Assembly (NCBI GenBank): GCA_963667415.1
Contig: OY763410.1
Location: 656,657 to 720,656 of the forward strand
Reading direction: 5' to 3'
DNA length: 64,000 bases
Source: Dehalococcoidia bacterium
Lineage (GTDB): Bacteria > Chloroflexota > Dehalococcoidia > Lucifugimonadales > UBA3495
How positions within the stretch are numbered: the stretch's first letter is position 1; the number at the start of each line of letters is the position of its first letter. The translations under genes and the position numbers were made by a program. Positions 61,329-64,000 of the stretch are shown in pieces. The notes beneath the pieces were generated by a model. The model was not told the DNA's origin and made no database searches. It was given only the letters and a program-made list of their open reading frames with translations.

Positions 61329-62294
61329 ATGAAATACGGATTCACCATTCCCGGCAGCGGTCCCCTGACCGCCCCTCCGGTGATGAGCGAAATTGTCAGG
61401 AGTGGCGAGGAACTGGGATTCGACTTCCTGGTATGCCCCGACCACATCATCTTCCCTCGCGACGTCTCCTCACCCTACCCATACAACGAGGAGGGAGTGC
61501 ACCCGGGCACCCTCACCGGCGAATGCCTCGATCAGCTTACGATGCTGGCCTTCATTGCTGGCCAGACCACCACGCTCGGCCTCGGCACCAGCGTGATGAT
61601 CGTCCCCCACCGCAATCCCCTTTTGGCAGCCAAGGCCATCGCCACCCTCGACGTACTGTCCGGCGGCCGCGTGATCCTGGGGGTAGGCGTCGGCTGGCTC
61701 CGCGAGGAGTTCGAGGTGCTGGGCCTGCCTCCCTTCGACGAACGTGGTCAGGTCACCGACGAATACCTCCGCGCCTTCATCGAGCTCTGGACCAGCGACA
61801 ACCCCAGTTTCCACGGTAAATACGTCCAGTTCGACGACATCAGCTTCCTGCCCAAGCCTGTCCAGAAGCCGCACCCGCCCATCTGGATCGGTGGCGAGAG
61901 CGGCCCGGCCATCCGTCGCGCCGCCGAGCTCGGCAATGGCTGGCACCCCCTGGGTGTCAACCCGCATACGCCTTTGTCAGAGCCCGAACAACTACAGCAG
62001 GCCATGCGGCGTCTGGCTTCCCGCGCCGAGCGGGCCGGCCGCGACCCGGCCGAAATCGAAATCGGCTTCCGCGTTGCCGGTCTCAACCTAGCCCATTCCG
62101 GCTCCGCAGGAGACCGCCCCCGCTTCGCCGGCAACCCCGAGCAGGTTGCCGAGGACATCCGCGCCTACCAGGACATCGGTGTCTCCAGTCTCGTCTTCGA
62201 CATCGGCGGCGTGGCCAGCTCCCGCGTCTCGGGCGCAGCCCCGGTGATTGAAACGATGGAGCAACTCTCCCAACAGGTATGGCCGCAGGTGTAG
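61329..62294 (+). CDS. LLM class F420-dependent oxidoreductase (Rv2161c-like subgroup)
   Basis: 321 aa with FDFLVCPDHIIFP...VMIVPHRNPLLAAKAIATLDVLSGGRVILGVGVGWLREEFE. SD ACAGGAG lies upstream. Confidence 0.88.
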   Translation: MKYGFTIPGSGPLTAPPVMSEIVRSGEELGFDFLVCPDHIIFPRDVSSPYPYNEEGVHPGTLTGECLDQLTMLAFIAGQTTTLGLGTSVMIVPHRNPLLAAKAIATLDVLSGGRVILGVGVGWLREEFEVLGLPPFDERGQVTDEYLRAFIELWTSDNPSFHGKYVQFDDISFLPKPVQKPHPPIWIGGESGPAIRRAAELGNGWHPLGVNPHTPLSEPEQLQQAMRRLASRAERAGRDPAEIEIGFRVAGLNLAHSGSAGDRPRFAGNPEQVAEDIRAYQDIGVSSLVFDIGGVASSRVSGAAPVIETMEQLSQQVWPQV

Positions 62295-62488
62295 GGCGCT
62301 GGAAGGCAATCATCCCCGGCAGTGGAGCAGGGCCTTTTAATTGTAGCTAATCCGTTGGCCCTGAGCCTGTCGAAGGGCCGTCCGTTCGTGGTTCGACGGG
62401 ATCACCATGAACGGACTTGACGGCTTGACTGCGAAAACTAATGGACCCTGAGCGGAGCGCTATATTGCCCTGAAAGGAACGCCCCTGC

Positions 62489-63259
62489 CTACCCCCGCCG
62501 GTAGTCCGGCTCCCGTCCCTCGCGCACTGCCGCCAACGCCTCCCCGTGGTCCGGCGACCCCATCGCCACGGCCTGACGTCGCAGGTATTCCTCGAAGAAC
62601 TGACCGTGCGTGTAGTCCTGGTACGCCGATAGCATCAGCTTCGTCTGCCGCGCCCCCTCCGAGCTGATGGACAGGTAGTGCTGTGTCAACCGCTCAACCT
62701 CGGCGTCAAAGTTCCACGGGTCGACGACATAGTCCACCAGCCCGATGCGCAGCGCCTCGTTTCCGTCCACGTACTCCCCCGACAGCGCCATCCGCTTCGC
62801 CCGCCCCAGCCCGACGTATCGCGGCAGCCGGTACGTCCCCAGTCCCGGGATGAATCCCTCCTTCGCCGCCGGCAGCCCCAGTTGGCAATCCGCCGTTGCG
62901 ATGCGTATGTCGCAGGCCAGCGGCAGTTGCAGCCCGCCGCCCAGTGCGTATCCCTGTATCCCGCACAGCACCACCTTGTCCGAAAGCTCCAGCAGCCGCA
63001 GCGCCCGGTCCCAGTGGTAGAAGTACGCCTGCGGAGTCTCCCCCGCCGCCAGCTCCTTCAGGTCGATGCCCGCGCAGAACGCACGCCCCTCACCGCGCAC
63101 GACTACCGCTCGCGCCGTCGCATCGTCGTGAATCGCCTGCGCCGCGTGATGCAGCTCCACCGTCCCCCGATAGTCGACCGCGTTCAAGGCTTCGGGCCTG
63201 CTCAGCGTCAGCCTGATGAGGTCCCCGTCGCTCTCATACCGCATCGTTTCCAGTTCCAA
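62489..63259 (-). CDS. enoyl-CoA hydratase/isomerase (crotonase) family protein
   Basis: 256 aa with LTLSRPEALNAVD, FCAGIDL and IQGYALGGGLQLPLACDIRIA. Confidence 0.9.
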   Translation of the reverse strand: MELETMRYESDGDLIRLTLSRPEALNAVDYRGTVELHHAAQAIHDDATARAVVVRGEGRAFCAGIDLKELAAGETPQAYFYHWDRALRLLELSDKVVLCGIQGYALGGGLQLPLACDIRIATADCQLGLPAAKEGFIPGLGTYRLPRYVGLGRAKRMALSGEYVDGNEALRIGLVDYVVDPWNFDAEVERLTQHYLSISSEGARQTKLMLSAYQDYTHGQFFEEYLRRQAVAMGSPDHGEALAAVREGREPDYRRG

Positions 63260-63381
63260 GGCTCCACCCCGATGAAAGAATGTGATAAGCCTGCCCTTTC
63301 ATTCAGGCAACTACTGTGAAGGCGGGCGGCTGCGCGAATGGACGCCCAGCGCGCAGGGTGGTAACCGAACGGTTGCAGCGC

Positions 63382-64000
63382 CTAAATCCGCCGGTTGTCC
63401 ACCACCCGTACCGCCTTCCCCTCGCTCCGTGCCAGTTGCCGCGGCGCGACCACCTCCACCCGGCACCCGACGCCCAGCGCGCTCTGCAATGTTGCCGCCA
63501 ATGTCCGGCCCACTATCGAATAGACGTCCGTGTCACCCAGCAACGATTCCGACGCCTCCACTCGCACCGTCAGCTCGTCCATCCGCGTCTCGCCCCGCTC
63601 CAGGTGCAGTTCGTATTGCGGCTCCAGACCCTCAATCCGCAGCAATGCGGCCTCAATCTGCGACGGAAACACGTTCACGCCTCGAATGATCAGCATATCG
63701 TCCGTCCGCCCCACAGGCTTGCTCATCCGCGCCGTCGTCCGTCCGCACTCGCACTGCCCGCGTTCCAGCCGCGTCAGGTCTCCGGTGCGGTACCGCAACA
63801 GCGGCAGGGCCTCTTTGGTGACGCACGTCAGCACCAGCTCCCCGACTTCCCCGTCACCGAGCGATGCCCCCGTGTCAGGATCCACCACTTCGGGGATGAA
63901 GTGGTCCTCCGCCAAGTGCAGCCCCTGCTTGTACGGACACTCCATCGCCACCGCAGGCCCCATCACCTCCGACAGCCCGTAGATGTCCAGCGCCGTGATG
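63382..64000 (-). CDS. paaK: phenylacetate-CoA ligase, C-terminal part (gene continues beyond the window end)
   Basis: The frame is open to position 64000 (..ITALDIYGLSEVMGPAVAMEC..). LLRYRTGDLT..C.CGRT..R..K..GRTDDMLIIRGVNVFPSQIE is characteristic of PaaK. Confidence 0.85.
   Translation of the reverse strand, partial: ITALDIYGLSEVMGPAVAMECPYKQGLHLAEDHFIPEVVDPDTGASLGDGEVGELVLTCVTKEALPLLRYRTGDLTRLERGQCECGRTTARMSKPVGRTDDMLIIRGVNVFPSQIEAALLRIEGLEPQYELHLERGETRMDELTVRVEASESLLGDTDVYSIVGRTLAATLQSALGVGCRVEVVAPRQLARSEGKAVRVVDNRRI

Noticed and set aside
62380-62416. tRNA fragment or att-site remnant suggested by GGTTCGAC...CACCA
   Set aside because: It cannot be folded into a T-arm, because position 61 would not pair with G53 and the stem arms are not complementary. 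It is better explained as the loop of an 8-bp hairpin.

Overview
This is a densely coding, high-GC bacterial chromosomal segment with about 70 protein genes and one tRNA-Glu. I found no rRNA, CRISPR array, transposase or integrase. The left third carries housekeeping and uptake genes: argC, endonuclease III, a five-gene peptide-type ABC importer, and amino-acid or amine oxidation enzymes. It also holds two very large secreted repeat proteins. The rest is a catabolic region. It contains CoA-transferase scoAB, tandem MFS transporters, five luciferase-like (LLM) flavin/F420 oxidoreductases, enoyl-CoA hydratases, hydrolases, an amidase and TldD/PmbA. It also carries the aerobic benzoyl-CoA genes bclA-boxB-boxC and a partial paaK. 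Six type II toxin-antitoxin loci (two decayed) plus NYN, Uma2 and DUF4143-ATPase genes sit in visibly AT-richer pockets. The gene content (LLM paralog expansion, F420-type enzymes, Ala/Thr/Pro-linker lipoproteins) suggests a marine Chloroflexota (SAR202-like) organism, but that is inference only. The most notable observation is a gene the six-frame track splits in two. An in-frame TGA at 37292..37294 lies inside a U-G-S-C motif and is followed directly by a SECIS-like hairpin, so I predict a 185-codon selenoprotein (36980..37537). It sits in a promoter-to-terminator unit with an uncharacterised 344-aa protein, an NHL/PAL-like beta-propeller and an LLM oxidoreductase. Other points of interest are two in-frame-stop TA pseudogenes (one between boxC and boxB), an alpha-hydroxyacid oxidase fused to a SHOCT domain, an LLM-ORFan-LLM cassette, a Cys-depleted small basic protein behind a consensus promoter, and several phased repeat clusters in intergenic regions. 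All calls come from reading the sequence and from family motifs recalled from memory; no searches were run.
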